The notes: generated by a model not told the origin, from the letters alone. A DNA stretch of 64,000 nucleotides from Halorutilales archaeon Cl-col2-1 (GCA_041891055.1 CP169074.1:224001-288000); one strand, 5' to 3'; counted from the first letter of the stretch, positions 19,158-29,669 are shown. Program-made: numbers and translations.

Positions 19158-19634
19158 ATGTACGACCGGATTCTGATACCTACCGACGCGAGTCGAGGCA
19201 CGAACAGGGCAGTTGAGAACGGTCTCGACATAGCCGAGAAGTACGGCGCGACAGTACACGCCCTCTATGTCGTCGACACGAGCGCTTACTCGACACTTCC
19301 CGCCGACTACAACTGGGAGGCAGTACACTCTGCCTTCGAGAGGGAAGGAGAGGAAGCGACGTCCGACATAGAGAAAGCGGCTGAGGAGAGAGGTGTTGAG
19401 ATAGTGACTGAGGTCGAGGAGGGCGTCCCGCCGAGGACTATACTCGACTACGCCGACGACAACGGCATAGATCTCATCGTGATGGGGACACACGGAAAGA
19501 GTGGCTTCGACAGACTCCTCCTCGGAAGCGTCACGGAGAAGGTCGTGCGGAAGTCTGAGATTCCCGTCCTCACTGTAAGGATGGTCGAGGATGAGGAAGA
19601 AGACGAGAGTCTCAACGAGAACCAAGATGACTGA
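19158..19634 (+). CDS. Universal stress protein
   Basis: MYDRILIPTD, DLIVMGTHG.SG..RLLLGSVTEKV. Confidence 0.93.
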   Translation: MYDRILIPTDASRGTNRAVENGLDIAEKYGATVHALYVVDTSAYSTLPADYNWEAVHSAFEREGEEATSDIEKAAEERGVEIVTEVEEGVPPRTILDYADDNGIDLIVMGTHGKSGFDRLLLGSVTEKVVRKSEIPVLTVRMVEDEEEDESLNENQDD

Positions 19635-20460
19635 GACTCAGGTAGCCGACATAATGTCTTCGGAGGTCGTGACCGCAAGCCTCCCGGGGACACGTGAGGA
19701 TGTCTTCGACGACCTCATGAGAGGCGAGATAAGCTCTGTCCCCGTCACCAAAGACGGCAAGTACAGAGGACTCGTCTCGCGCCGCGACATGCTCGATAGC
19801 CCAGACCAGGAACAGCTCTCTCTTCTAATGCGGGAGGTCGAGACAGTAACTCCGGAGACAACTGTCGAAGACACAGCGCGGACGATTCTCGACGAGGGAG
19901 AGAGGCGGCTCCCCGTAGTCGAGGACTCCGAGGTAGTGGGAATAGTCACAGTAACAGACATCGTGAGACATATCTCGGAGACCGAAAACACCGAGAACAT
20001 AGACGAGTACGCCGAGGAAGAAGTACTAACTGTATGGGAAGGAACTCCTCTCAGTACCGTGGTCAACAGCCTGAGGTTCGGGGGCGAGACAGCGGCGTGT
20101 GTCATAGAAGGCTCCGACCTCGTCGGCTTAGTCTCCGAGGTCGACTGCATACGCGCTTCGGACACTGAGGACGTCTCGGATACCGTCGGGGTTGGGCTCG
20201 CCGACGAAGACGACGACTGGATGTGGAGCGGAATAAAGTCGAGTAGCAGTAACCTCGTTCCGATAAGCCGTCTGAGGTTCCCCGACGACCCCGTCTCCGA
20301 ACATATGTCGGGCGACGTTGTCAAGGCTATGAGAAGCACCGACGTCAGCGTCGCCGCCGAACGTATGATAGAAAACGACCACGAACAGCTTCCCGTCGTG
20401 AGGGGCGACAGCCTTGTCGGAATCTTGAAGGACGTAAATCTCCTCAGAGCCGTACAGTAA
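19627..20460 (+). CDS. CBS-domain protein
   Basis: Repeated CBS motifs (RRLPVVE..VGIVT, EQLPVV); directly upstream of glyS. Confidence 0.88.
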   Translation: MTETQVADIMSSEVVTASLPGTREDVFDDLMRGEISSVPVTKDGKYRGLVSRRDMLDSPDQEQLSLLMREVETVTPETTVEDTARTILDEGERRLPVVEDSEVVGIVTVTDIVRHISETENTENIDEYAEEEVLTVWEGTPLSTVVNSLRFGGETAACVIEGSDLVGLVSEVDCIRASDTEDVSDTVGVGLADEDDDWMWSGIKSSSSNLVPISRLRFPDDPVSEHMSGDVVKAMRSTDVSVAAERMIENDHEQLPVVRGDSLVGILKDVNLLRAVQ

Positions 20461-20461
20461 T

Positions 20462-22201
20462 ATGTACGAGGAGATAATCGAGCTTGCGAAGAGGAGGGGG
20501 TATCTCTACCCGAGCTTCGAGATATACGGTGGGGCGTCGGGATTCTGGGACTACGGCCCCCTCGGAACCGAACTCAAGAACAACCTGCTTGCCGAGTGGC
20601 GCGAGAGCTTCGTGACACGTGAGGGCTTCGACGAGATAGAGACAACGACGGTCGGAAAGGAGGACGTCTTCGAGGCGAGCGGGCACGCCTCGGGATTCGC
20701 CGACGTGCTCGTCCAGTGCCCCGACTGTGACGCCTTCTTCCGTGCCGACCATCTCGTAGAGGACAACACCGGGATAGAGAACGCAGACGGTATGTCTCCC
20801 GAAGAGCTCGGCGAGATAATAGCGGGCGAGGAGATCGTCTGTCCCGGGTGTGGCAACGACTTAAGCGGCGCGGAGCCACGCGAGTTCAACCTGATGTTCG
20901 AGACCAACATAGGACCCCAGTCGGGGAGGAAAGCCTACTTAAGACCCGAGACAGCACAGGGTATATTCGTCGACTACCCCCGTCTGAGACGGTTCAACCG
21001 TGACAGCCTGCCGTTCGGTGTCGCACAGACGGGGAGGGCGTACAGGAACGAAATAAACCCACGTAAGGGGATCGTGCGTCTCAGGGAGTTCGTACAGGCT
21101 GAGCTTGAGTACTTCAAACATCCCGACAGGGAGGTCGACGACGTCAAGTTCGACGGTGTCGCTGACACTGAGGTACGTCTGTATCCGGTCGAGGAGCAGG
21201 AAGACGAAGACGGCAAGGCGATAGAGACTACGGTGCGTGACGCGGTCGAGTCGGGGATCATAGAGAGCCGTACCATCGCTTACTTCGTCGGGAAGGCCCA
21301 GGAGTGGTACGAGTCGGTCGGTATCGACCCCGAACGTCTGAGGTTCAGACAGCATCTCCCCGACGAGCGCGCCCATTACGCCAGCGACTGTTGGGACGGG
21401 GAGACCTACACCGACCGTTTCGGATGGATAGAGGTCAACGGAGTCGCTGACAGAGGAAGCTACGACCTGTCTAAACACGCTGAGGCGTCGGGTGAGGAGA
21501 TGGGTGTATTCGAGGAGTACGACGAGCCCGTGACTAAGGAGAAAGCCGTCGTCGACCCCGACATGAGCGTCTTAGGACCCGAGTACGGCTCTAAAGCGGG
21601 AGACGTTGCCGACGCACTCGAAGAGTTAGCCGAAGAAGAGCCCGAGAGATTCGAGAACCATACTGTCGAGGTAGAGGTCGACGGAGAGACCTACGAGGTC
21701 GAGACCGATGTCGCGGGATTCGAGATCCGCGAGATAGAGGAGAACGGAAGGAACGTCCTTCCTCAGGTCATAGAACCCTCGTTCGGGGTCGACAGGATAA
21801 TCTACTCGGTGATAGAGCACTCGTACGCTGAGGACGAGGTCGACGACGAGGAGAGGACAGTCCTGCGTCTCCCGTCAAACGTCGCGCCCTTCATAGCCGG
21901 AGTCTTCCCTCTGATGACGAAAGACGGTCTCGGTGAGAAGGCGAAGGAGATACGTGAGAGTCTGAGGCGAGCGGGTCTCCGTGTGAGGTACGACGAGTCG
22001 GGAGCGATAGGAAGACGGTACAGGAGACACGACGAGATCGGAACGCCCTACACCGTCACCGTCGACTACGACACATTAGAAGACGGAACAGTGACTGTCA
22101 GAGACCGAGACACGACCCAACAGGTACGTGTCGCCGCCGACGACCTCCCCGGGATACTCGAAGACCTGCGTGACGGCAGGACAGAGTTCGGCGACCTGTA
22201 A
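20462..22201 (+). CDS. glyS: Glycine--tRNA ligase
   Basis: ELAKRRG, YLRPETAQG, RNEI.PR, IEPSFGVDR, GRRYRRHDEIGTP. Confidence 0.96.
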   Translation: MYEEIIELAKRRGYLYPSFEIYGGASGFWDYGPLGTELKNNLLAEWRESFVTREGFDEIETTTVGKEDVFEASGHASGFADVLVQCPDCDAFFRADHLVEDNTGIENADGMSPEELGEIIAGEEIVCPGCGNDLSGAEPREFNLMFETNIGPQSGRKAYLRPETAQGIFVDYPRLRRFNRDSLPFGVAQTGRAYRNEINPRKGIVRLREFVQAELEYFKHPDREVDDVKFDGVADTEVRLYPVEEQEDEDGKAIETTVRDAVESGIIESRTIAYFVGKAQEWYESVGIDPERLRFRQHLPDERAHYASDCWDGETYTDRFGWIEVNGVADRGSYDLSKHAEASGEEMGVFEEYDEPVTKEKAVVDPDMSVLGPEYGSKAGDVADALEELAEEEPERFENHTVEVEVDGETYEVETDVAGFEIREIEENGRNVLPQVIEPSFGVDRIIYSVIEHSYAEDEVDDEERTVLRLPSNVAPFIAGVFPLMTKDGLGEKAKEIRESLRRAGLRVRYDESGAIGRRYRRHDEIGTPYTVTVDYDTLEDGTVTVRDRDTTQQVRVAADDLPGILEDLRDGRTEFGDL

Positions 22202-22228
22202 CTAAACGTGTCCCGAGACCCGCCGACG

Positions 22229-22333
22229 AGACGTTCGGAAATCTCTGATTTCCGAGCCAACAAGATCGGAGATCTTGTGACGGTCATCAATCTCCGATTG
22301 ATAAAGCCTGTAAATCAAAGATGTACAGACGTT
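22229..22333 (+). mobile_element. Two tandem twin-hairpin units (98 bp) flanked by AGACGTT direct repeat
   Basis: Hairpins GGAAATC/GATTTCC, ACAAGATC/GATCTTGT, ATCAATC/GATTGAT, TGTAAATC/GATGTACA. Confidence 0.75.
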
Positions 22334-22887
22334 TCTTCCATCTCTCAGGATCTCTGTATCCCCTTCTCCACGTATCGGGTCTTCTGACGTGGGATCAGAT
22401 GAGGCTTCTGTCGTGGATAGGGATCACCGTCGCCGCCGTCCTCGAATACCTGCGTCTCGGTAGGGGAGTCGTCTTCTTCGAGTCTCTCTACCGCGACTAC
22501 GAGAAGGAAAGTATAGCGGGATACGTCTTAGCGGGGGTCGGACTCTTTCTCTCGGTCAACCTCTTTCCCCCGAGTATCGGAACCGCCTCAATGTTTATGC
22601 TCACCGTCGCAGACCCCATCGCGGGAGCCGTCGGAACGGGTGAGCTAAGAAGGGTCAAGAAGCCGCGCGTCCTCGTCACGGCATTCTGTGTGAGTCTCGT
22701 CGTGAGCCTGCGGTTCGTCTCTCCCTTAGTCGGAGCCGCAGGCGCTCTCGGGGCAGCTCTCGGCGACGGCGTCAAGCTACGTCTGAGAGGATACGTAATA
22801 GACGACAACCTCACGATACCCGTCTACTCGGGGTCTGTGATGACCGTAGTCTCTCAGTACTTCGGCTCCGCTCCCGTGATCTCGTAG
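22321..22887 (+). CDS. Dolichol/phytol-kinase-like membrane protein
   Basis: RRFFHLSG, LYRDYE..SIAGY, ADPIAG, DDNLTIP. Confidence 0.8.
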   Translation: MYRRFFHLSGSLYPLLHVSGLLTWDQMRLLSWIGITVAAVLEYLRLGRGVVFFESLYRDYEKESIAGYVLAGVGLFLSVNLFPPSIGTASMFMLTVADPIAGAVGTGELRRVKKPRVLVTAFCVSLVVSLRFVSPLVGAAGALGAALGDGVKLRLRGYVIDDNLTIPVYSGSVMTVVSQYFGSAPVIS

Positions 22888-24227
22888 ACTTCGTCGAGTA
22901 CCCCGTCACGTCTCTCCTGCCAGTCACCGAGTGCCTCGGGCGATTCGGGGTAGTCGTCGTAGAGGTCACGTATCTCGGACGCCTTCTTGCTGACCTTGTA
23001 GACTTCGAGGAGGGTTCTCCAGTGACCGAATGTGTCGACCGCAGTCTTGAGCTTGAGACCGAGAGACATCGACGTCGTACCTTTCTCGCCTAATGCGTCC
23101 ATAAGCTGCTGTCCCGGCATCGCAGAAACGACGTCGGTTAGCTCGTCGACCTCGTGGGCGGTTCCGAATATGTTGTAGAGATCCATCGCGGCGAAGTTCT
23201 TTCCGAAGTCGGTCATCACCCTCCGGTTGTACTCCCAGAGCGCGTCCTCCGAGACGTCTCCTTCGTCTATAGCCTCGAGACCTATCTCGGCTCCCCAGTG
23301 CCCCGACTTCGCCGCGCCGGGTATTCCGCCGCCCGTAGTGGGATTTACGTGTCCTGCGGCGTCACCTACGGCGATGAAGCCGTCTGCGACTGCTGAGTCG
23401 TAGGGACGTCTCGTCGGGAGAGCCGCGCCTAACTTGTCCTTGACAGTGGGGTTGACGAACTCGTCTTTGTCCTGAATGTCGTCTCTCAGAGCCTCGACGA
23501 GTTCCATCGGAGGCTTGTCCATCTGGAAGCCGAGTCCGACGTTGATCTCTGTCGGCGTCCTCGGGAAGTACCAGAGGTAGCCGAGCTCCTCAGTCGGCTT
23601 GAATACTATGCTGTTGTCCCAGTCGACGGGCTCGTCGACCTCGATCACCTCGCGGTAGGCGGAACAGAACTGACTGTACGAGACGTCGGTGTCGAATGTC
23701 GAGTTTGAGGCGTCGAGGTCGTCCTGTAAGACGGAGAGCGCGCCGGCGGCGTCTATAGTTAGATCGGCGTGGTACTCTATCTCCTCGCCGTCGTGTTTGG
23801 CTCTGACGCCCTCGACCTTTCCGTCGTCGTCCTGTATCACTCCGTTGACGACGGTCTCGTACTCCATCTCCGCACCCGCCTTCTCCGCCTCGTCCAATAG
23901 TACTCGTCCGTACTTCCAACGGTCGACTATCACACCCGGCTCGGGGAAAGGTATGTCGAGAACGTCCCCCTTCTCGGGATTCTTGAACCTAGCGTACTCT
24001 ATCCTCCGGTTAGTGAAAGACTCCTCTCTGAGACGTTCGACGTCTATCACGTCGGGGAAGGTGCTCACGCCCTTTATGGCGTCGCCGCATGCTATATGTC
24101 CCGCCTCCTCCTCCGTCTTCCTCTCGATCACGACGACGTCGGCTCCCTTGGATGCCGCTGTCGCGGCGGCGAAACAGCCCGCGGTTCCACCTCCGACTAC
24201 GGCTATGTCGTACTCTCGGACTCGCAT
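22854..24227 (-). CDS. Geranylgeranyl reductase family protein
   Basis: GGGTAG FAD motif, ACGDA, GYLWYFP, GDAAGHVNPTTGGGI. Confidence 0.9.
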   Translation of the reverse strand: MRVREYDIAVVGGGTAGCFAAATAASKGADVVVIERKTEEEAGHIACGDAIKGVSTFPDVIDVERLREESFTNRRIEYARFKNPEKGDVLDIPFPEPGVIVDRWKYGRVLLDEAEKAGAEMEYETVVNGVIQDDDGKVEGVRAKHDGEEIEYHADLTIDAAGALSVLQDDLDASNSTFDTDVSYSQFCSAYREVIEVDEPVDWDNSIVFKPTEELGYLWYFPRTPTEINVGLGFQMDKPPMELVEALRDDIQDKDEFVNPTVKDKLGAALPTRRPYDSAVADGFIAVGDAAGHVNPTTGGGIPGAAKSGHWGAEIGLEAIDEGDVSEDALWEYNRRVMTDFGKNFAAMDLYNIFGTAHEVDELTDVVSAMPGQQLMDALGEKGTTSMSLGLKLKTAVDTFGHWRTLLEVYKVSKKASEIRDLYDDYPESPEALGDWQERRDGVLDEVYEITGAEPKY

Positions 24228-24323
24228 CTAAGGACTCTATCCGTTCGTGCTTATTGTCTGTTGCGTCTTGGGTCGCTTACTCATTAGGAAGTCCTATTAG
24301 GCTTCGTGACCTACGTCGAAGGG

Positions 24324-25262
24324 ATGAGCGAAACCGAAGGATGTGTTCTACCTGATGTTCAGGCGACAGAGCCCGAGGTCGAGATAGGACTCCAGAGGGT
24401 GGGGGTAACCGACGTCGAGAAGCTCGTCAAGATCGACAGGGGCGACGAACGTCCCATAGTCCTGATGGGTGAGTTCGATGTCTACGTCGACCTACCCGCC
24501 GAGAGGAAGGGTGCCGACATGAGCCGTAACATGGAGGTCATAGACGAGGTACTCGAAGACCTCACACGTGACCCCGTCTACAAGGTCGAGGATCTGTGTG
24601 GCGAGATCGCCGAGCGTCTCCTAGGACGTCACTCGTACACGACACGTACCGAAGTCGAGATGGAGGCGGAGTACATGTACCGTGACACTACACCCGCGAG
24701 CGAGAGGGACACACAGGGCGTCGCGACCATACACGCCTCGGCGGAGGCGACTGACGAGGGTGTCAGGAAGTCGATAGGTGCCGAGGTCACAGGGACGACT
24801 GCGTGTCCGTGTTCTCAGGGGATGATGGAGTCCGAAGCCGCCGAGAAGCTACGTCAACTCGGACTCTCGCCCGAAGAGATAGACGAGTACTTTGACGAGA
24901 TTCCACAGGCGGCACACAACCAGAGGTCGCGCGCCCTCCTCTCGATAGAGACGACCGACGGCACCCACGTCGGACTCGAAAAGATCATAGAGGTCGCGCG
25001 TGACTCGATGAGCTCACGTATCTACAACCTGGCTAAGAGACCCGACGAACACCACATGACAAAGGAGATGCACGAGAACGCGAGGTTCGTTGAGGACGTA
25101 GTGAGGGTGATGGCGAGAAAGGTCGTCGAGAGCTTCGACCTCCCCGACGACGCCGTCGTGAGCATAAGACAGGAGAACGAGGAGAGCATACATCAGCACA
25201 ACGCCTACGCCGAGACACAGGTCGAGTTCGGCGAACTCAGGAGTAGAATTGCGGAAGAATAA
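24324..25262 (+). CDS. mptA: GTP cyclohydrolase MptA (FolE2 family)
   Basis: LPDVQA, KGADMSR, TACPCSQ, HNQR, FVED, ESIHQHNA. Confidence 0.92.
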   Translation: MSETEGCVLPDVQATEPEVEIGLQRVGVTDVEKLVKIDRGDERPIVLMGEFDVYVDLPAERKGADMSRNMEVIDEVLEDLTRDPVYKVEDLCGEIAERLLGRHSYTTRTEVEMEAEYMYRDTTPASERDTQGVATIHASAEATDEGVRKSIGAEVTGTTACPCSQGMMESEAAEKLRQLGLSPEEIDEYFDEIPQAAHNQRSRALLSIETTDGTHVGLEKIIEVARDSMSSRIYNLAKRPDEHHMTKEMHENARFVEDVVRVMARKVVESFDLPDDAVVSIRQENEESIHQHNAYAETQVEFGELRSRIAEE

Positions 25263-25289
25263 ATAGAGTCGTAGACCACGTTTCCACCG

Positions 25290-27122
25290 ATGGCTTCTGT
25301 CACGCTTCTACTCATACCGTCTCTGATAATAGCCCTCGGTGCTCTGTCAGTCATAGTCGCAGACAAGTACGAGGTTCCGAGTGTTGTCTTTCTCCTCGGC
25401 TTCGGAATACTCTTCGGACCCCAGGTCTTGGGTATAATCAATCCCGAGATATTCGGAGACGCATTACCGTCGATAGTCTCGCTTTCGGTCGCCATAATCG
25501 TCTTCGAGGGTGCGTTCCATCTCAGCATACCGAGGGTACGTAAAGCACCCAAGTCGGCTATCAAGGTCATCGTCTTCGGAGCCGTCGTAACCCTTGTAGG
25601 CATGGGTGTCATAAACCATTATCTCCTGGGTCTCCAGTGGAGTCTCTCGTTTCTCATAGCCTCGCTTCTCGTCGCCACGGGACCCACTGTGATCACACCG
25701 ATAATGTCACAGGTCAGGGTACGTGAGGGTGTCAGAGGTGTTCTCGAAACCGAGGGTATAGTCAACGACGTGGTTGCGGCTATACTCGCAGTCGTCATAT
25801 TCGAGGTCGCACTTCTCGGGGAGGCAAGTGGTGGGGTTCTCGACGTCTTCATACAGCGTATAGGGGTCGGCGTTATCTTCGGAATACTTGCGACTGCGGT
25901 CGACTGGTACATACTCAGGAAGACCGACATATCGCCCCAGCAGTCACGTCTCCTAGTCCTTGCGACGGCTCTCCTCTTCTTCTCGTTCTCGGAGTGGGTC
26001 AACACGGAGGCGGGGATAGCCACAGTCGCTATATTCGGTGTTCTCCTCGGTAACGTCGACATACCTTACAAGGAGGAAATCTCGGAGTTCAAGGGAGACC
26101 TGACCGTGATCGTCCTGAGTATTATATTCATACTTCTCGCGTCTCTGCTTGAGTTCGACGACCTATTCAGCCTCGGATGGCGCGGTGTAGTAGCCGTGGC
26201 TCTCTTAGTTCTCGTGATACGTCCTATCGGAGTCCATCTCTCGACGCTCGGATCGAATCTCACACTACGTGAGCGTCACTTCATATCTTTCGTGGGTCCA
26301 CGTGGTATAGTGCCGGCTTCGGTCGCCACACTCTTCTCGATACGTCTCGCCGAGGAAGGTGTTCCGAACGCCGGGAAGGTCGTAAGCGTCGTCTTCCTCG
26401 TGATACTCGTCACAGTCGTTATACAGGCGGGAGGCGCGCCGTTTATTGCGGATAAGCTCGACATTATACCCATGAACATACTCGTCGTCGGAGGCGGACG
26501 TGTAGGACGTGACATAGCCGAGAGCCTCGACGAGAGGGGCGAGAACGTCGTAGTGATAGAGAAGGAAGATGAGAGGGTTGAGAAGATACGTTCGATGGGT
26601 ATCAACGTCGTCACGGGAAGCGGAACTAATAGAGAGGTTCTGGAGGAGGCGGGAGCTGACCGCACGAAGGTATTCGTCGCAGCCACAGCCGACGATGACC
26701 AGAACATACTTGCGTGCCAGACGGCGAGGGCGAACTTCGGCATAACTAACCTAATCTCACGTGTCAACGATACTGAGAACCTCGACGCTTTCGAGGATCT
26801 CGATGTCAGAACAGTCTCTCCGTCGCGCGCTACGTCGTTCATGATGGACAACATGATAGAACGCCCGGGCCTATTCTCTTGGCTCACAGAGCTCGGTGAG
26901 GGAGGCGATGTCGTCGAGGTCGATGTAGTCTCGGACGAGGTCGTGGGGAAGACAGTCGACGAGTTAGATCTCCCCGAGGGCTGTATAATCGCACTCATAC
27001 AGAGAGAGGACGACCAGTTCACTCCGAGTCCCGATGTCGAGATACTCGAAGGTGACCACGTCACTCTACTCGGACGTACCGAAGCGGTTGAGGACGCCGT
27101 CAGGATGCTGAGACATGGCTGA
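25290..27122 (+). CDS. Cation:proton antiporter with TrkA-N/TrkA-C domains
   Basis: TGPTVI, EGIVND, GPRGIV; C-terminal GGGRVG Rossmann fold. Confidence 0.9.
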   Translation: MASVTLLLIPSLIIALGALSVIVADKYEVPSVVFLLGFGILFGPQVLGIINPEIFGDALPSIVSLSVAIIVFEGAFHLSIPRVRKAPKSAIKVIVFGAVVTLVGMGVINHYLLGLQWSLSFLIASLLVATGPTVITPIMSQVRVREGVRGVLETEGIVNDVVAAILAVVIFEVALLGEASGGVLDVFIQRIGVGVIFGILATAVDWYILRKTDISPQQSRLLVLATALLFFSFSEWVNTEAGIATVAIFGVLLGNVDIPYKEEISEFKGDLTVIVLSIIFILLASLLEFDDLFSLGWRGVVAVALLVLVIRPIGVHLSTLGSNLTLRERHFISFVGPRGIVPASVATLFSIRLAEEGVPNAGKVVSVVFLVILVTVVIQAGGAPFIADKLDIIPMNILVVGGGRVGRDIAESLDERGENVVVIEKEDERVEKIRSMGINVVTGSGTNREVLEEAGADRTKVFVAATADDDQNILACQTARANFGITNLISRVNDTENLDAFEDLDVRTVSPSRATSFMMDNMIERPGLFSWLTELGEGGDVVEVDVVSDEVVGKTVDELDLPEGCIIALIQREDDQFTPSPDVEILEGDHVTLLGRTEAVEDAVRMLRHG

Positions 27123-27185
27123 AGGCCAAGCGATGTTGTAGCCTCTCAGCAATACTATTATATGTCCTGACGTGGATGGTCTTTC

Positions 27186-28544
27186 ATGGAGGACACAGAG
27201 CCTTTCGTCGTAATCGGGGGCGACGCCGCAGGGATGAGTGCGGCATCGAAGTCGAAACGTGAGGAGCCCGAGAGGGAAGTAATAGTCTTCGAGAAGGGCG
27301 ACTGGGTCTCTTATGCTGCGTGTGGGATGCCCTACTACATAAAGGGGGAGGTCGAGTCGCTCGACGATCTAGTCTCCATAACCGCCGAGGAGTTCAGAGA
27401 GGAGCGTGACATAGACCTGCGCACGAGACACGAGGTCATCGAGATACGTCCTGAAGAGAACCAGGTAGTCGTAGAGGACAGAGACGCGGGAGATACCTTC
27501 GAACAGACCTACGGCGACTTGCTTATAGCTACGGGGGCGACTGCTGTGGAGCCGCCGATAGACGGCATTGGGCTCAACGGCGTCTTCACGTTACACTCAA
27601 TGGACGACGCCGACGAGATAGACGACTATGTGTCGAGGGACGGCGTCGAGAGTTTCGGAATCGTGGGCGGCGGATACGTCGGCATGGAGATGTCGGAGGC
27701 TCTCAGAAGTAGGGGACTCGACGTAGACGTCTTTGAGGCTCTTCCTCACGTCCTCCAGCCCTTCGGTGAGGACGCCGCTGAGGTAGTCGAGGATCACGTG
27801 CGCGAGAAAGGTGTCGACCTTCATCTCGAAACCTCCGTTGAAAGAATGACCGGCGACGGAAGTGTCACGGGCATAGAAGCCGACAGCGAGGAGTACGAAC
27901 TCGACGGAGTCCTCGTCGGCGTCGGTGTGAAACCGAACGTTGGAATCGCGGATGAAGCGGGAATCGAAATCGGGGAGACGGGCGCGATAGCCACTGATGA
28001 GTACGGACGCACCAACTATGAGAACGTATACGCCGCTGGAGACTGTGCCGAGGCGACTAACTCAGTGACACGAGACACCGACCACGTCCCACTCGCACTC
28101 ACCGCGAACAGACACGGGCGCGCAGTCGGACAGACAGTCGCGGGATCACCCACGGAGGTCGGAGAGATAGTCGGGACGGCAGTCGTCAAGGTCTTCGACC
28201 TCGAAGTCGCGAGGACGGGTATAGTCGACCACGAGACGGCAGAGGACGCGGGCTTCGACCCGGTTTCGAGAACCATAACCGCTGAGTCGAGGGCAGGATA
28301 CTACCCCGGAGCGGAGCCTATACGTGTGCGTCTGACCGCCGACTCGGAGACTGAGCGTCTCTTAGGTGCAACTATGGTCAGCGAGGACACAGCCGCGAAG
28401 AGGATAGATACAGTAGCGACGGCACTCCACGCGGGTATGACTGTCTCGGAGGTTGAGAGCCTCGACCTGTCGTACGCGCCGCCTTTCAGCCCTGTCTGGG
28501 ACGCGACTCTGACGGCGGCGAAGGTACTCAGCTCGACTCTATAA
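27186..28544 (+). CDS. CoA-disulfide reductase / NADH oxidase family
   Basis: GGDAAGMSAA, SYAACGMPY, GGGYVGME, YAAGDC, LDLSYAPPFS. Confidence 0.9.
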   Translation: MEDTEPFVVIGGDAAGMSAASKSKREEPEREVIVFEKGDWVSYAACGMPYYIKGEVESLDDLVSITAEEFREERDIDLRTRHEVIEIRPEENQVVVEDRDAGDTFEQTYGDLLIATGATAVEPPIDGIGLNGVFTLHSMDDADEIDDYVSRDGVESFGIVGGGYVGMEMSEALRSRGLDVDVFEALPHVLQPFGEDAAEVVEDHVREKGVDLHLETSVERMTGDGSVTGIEADSEEYELDGVLVGVGVKPNVGIADEAGIEIGETGAIATDEYGRTNYENVYAAGDCAEATNSVTRDTDHVPLALTANRHGRAVGQTVAGSPTEVGEIVGTAVVKVFDLEVARTGIVDHETAEDAGFDPVSRTITAESRAGYYPGAEPIRVRLTADSETERLLGATMVSEDTAAKRIDTVATALHAGMTVSEVESLDLSYAPPFSPVWDATLTAAKVLSSTL

Positions 28545-28706
28545 ACGTCTGGTACCTCTCCTACTTCTCGTGTAGAGGCTCCAGACGAAGTAGATGATAA
28601 AGAGGAGTACGAGTACGACGAAGAATAGGTAGGCGATAGTCATCGCTGATCCGACCTCGTCGACCACGGCGCGGAGTACGTCGAGGGAGCCGTCTGCGCG
28701 TCCCAT
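28539..28706 (-). CDS. Small single-TM membrane protein (55 aa, absent from the ORF track)
   Basis: MGRADGSLDVLRAVVDEVGSAMTIAYLFFVVLVLLFIIYFVWSLYTRSRRGTRRL; hydrophobic helix followed by a basic tail. Confidence 0.55.
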   Translation of the reverse strand: MGRADGSLDVLRAVVDEVGSAMTIAYLFFVVLVLLFIIYFVWSLYTRSRRGTRRL

Positions 28707-28758
28707 CTACGTCAACTCCATACCGAGACCTTATAGAGGTTTGGCATCTACTGGGGCT

Positions 28759-28995
28759 ATGGAGCCGCGCGAGAAGATACGTAAGATAGACGACTACCTC
28801 GACCGCGACAGGCTCGTATGTCTCGAAGGACGTAACACGAGAAAGGGTGACAAACTGATAGTCGAGGGTATCGACCGTGACGCGGCGGAGATAGTCGCCC
28901 ACGAGGAGGAGTCAGGGTGGAAGAAGAGGGTGAGTCTCAGGAGAATCGAGGGGATCGGAAGCGAAGATGCGTGGTACGAGGTCAAGTTCTACTGA
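28759..28995 (+). CDS. Hypothetical protein (78 aa)
   Basis: ATG 28759 after CTTATA; host-like codon usage. Confidence 0.6.
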   Translation: MEPREKIRKIDDYLDRDRLVCLEGRNTRKGDKLIVEGIDRDAAEIVAHEEESGWKKRVSLRRIEGIGSEDAWYEVKFY

Positions 28996-29033
28996 ATACT
29001 GAGTACTGAGTAATATCTGTCCGGCGGTTAACG

Positions 29034-29669
29034 TTAACGGGGAGCCACGTCTTCTTCTTCCATCCTGATGAAGGCGTCCTGTTCGTTTATCCTCCACGAG
29101 TCGACGGCTGAGATAGTCTTAGTCTTGTCGGGAACGTACTTGAACTCGGTCTTCTTAGTGTCAGGGCTCACCGAGATAAGACCGACTTCGAGGTTCTCGA
29201 ATATGTCCGACTCTTCGATGACTGAGTTGAACTCCGACTCGGGTATGGCGGCGAACCTGTACTCGGCGAACTTGTGGCACCTGTATGCGCGTCTGAAGGT
29301 CTCCTTCCAGTCGTCGGAGTAGACCTGTACAGCAGCCGAGGTCACGTGTCTTTCGAGGGATGACTTGACCTGGACGTAGCCGTTCTTCTCGAAGATAAAG
29401 CCCTTGTCTTCGAGCCATTCGAGACCCTCGACAGCCTTGTCCTTGTCGTCGAAGTCGGCGATGAAGTTACGTCTCTTGGCTCCACCCTTCTTGAGAAGCT
29501 CGAGGAATACCTCAAGACGGTGCATGCTGAGAATAGCAGTGTCTATGCCGAGCTTGACCCTCCTCTTGTCCCACGCGTCCTCGTCTATAGTGATGAAGAC
29601 TAAGTCGGCTGTCGAAGTCCCGAATGGAAATTCCTCTATGGTCTGAGATATGTCGAGTGTAGAGACCAT
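29034..29669 (-). CDS. Degenerate PD-(D/E)xK-like protein with internal HTH-like segment
   Basis: EFPFGTSTADLV, DW....RRAYR...FAEY, VGLISV; the expected E-x-K reads Q-V-Y. Confidence 0.55.
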   Translation of the reverse strand: MVSTLDISQTIEEFPFGTSTADLVFITIDEDAWDKRRVKLGIDTAILSMHRLEVFLELLKKGGAKRRNFIADFDDKDKAVEGLEWLEDKGFIFEKNGYVQVKSSLERHVTSAAVQVYSDDWKETFRRAYRCHKFAEYRFAAIPESEFNSVIEESDIFENLEVGLISVSPDTKKTEFKYVPDKTKTISAVDSWRINEQDAFIRMEEEDVAPR

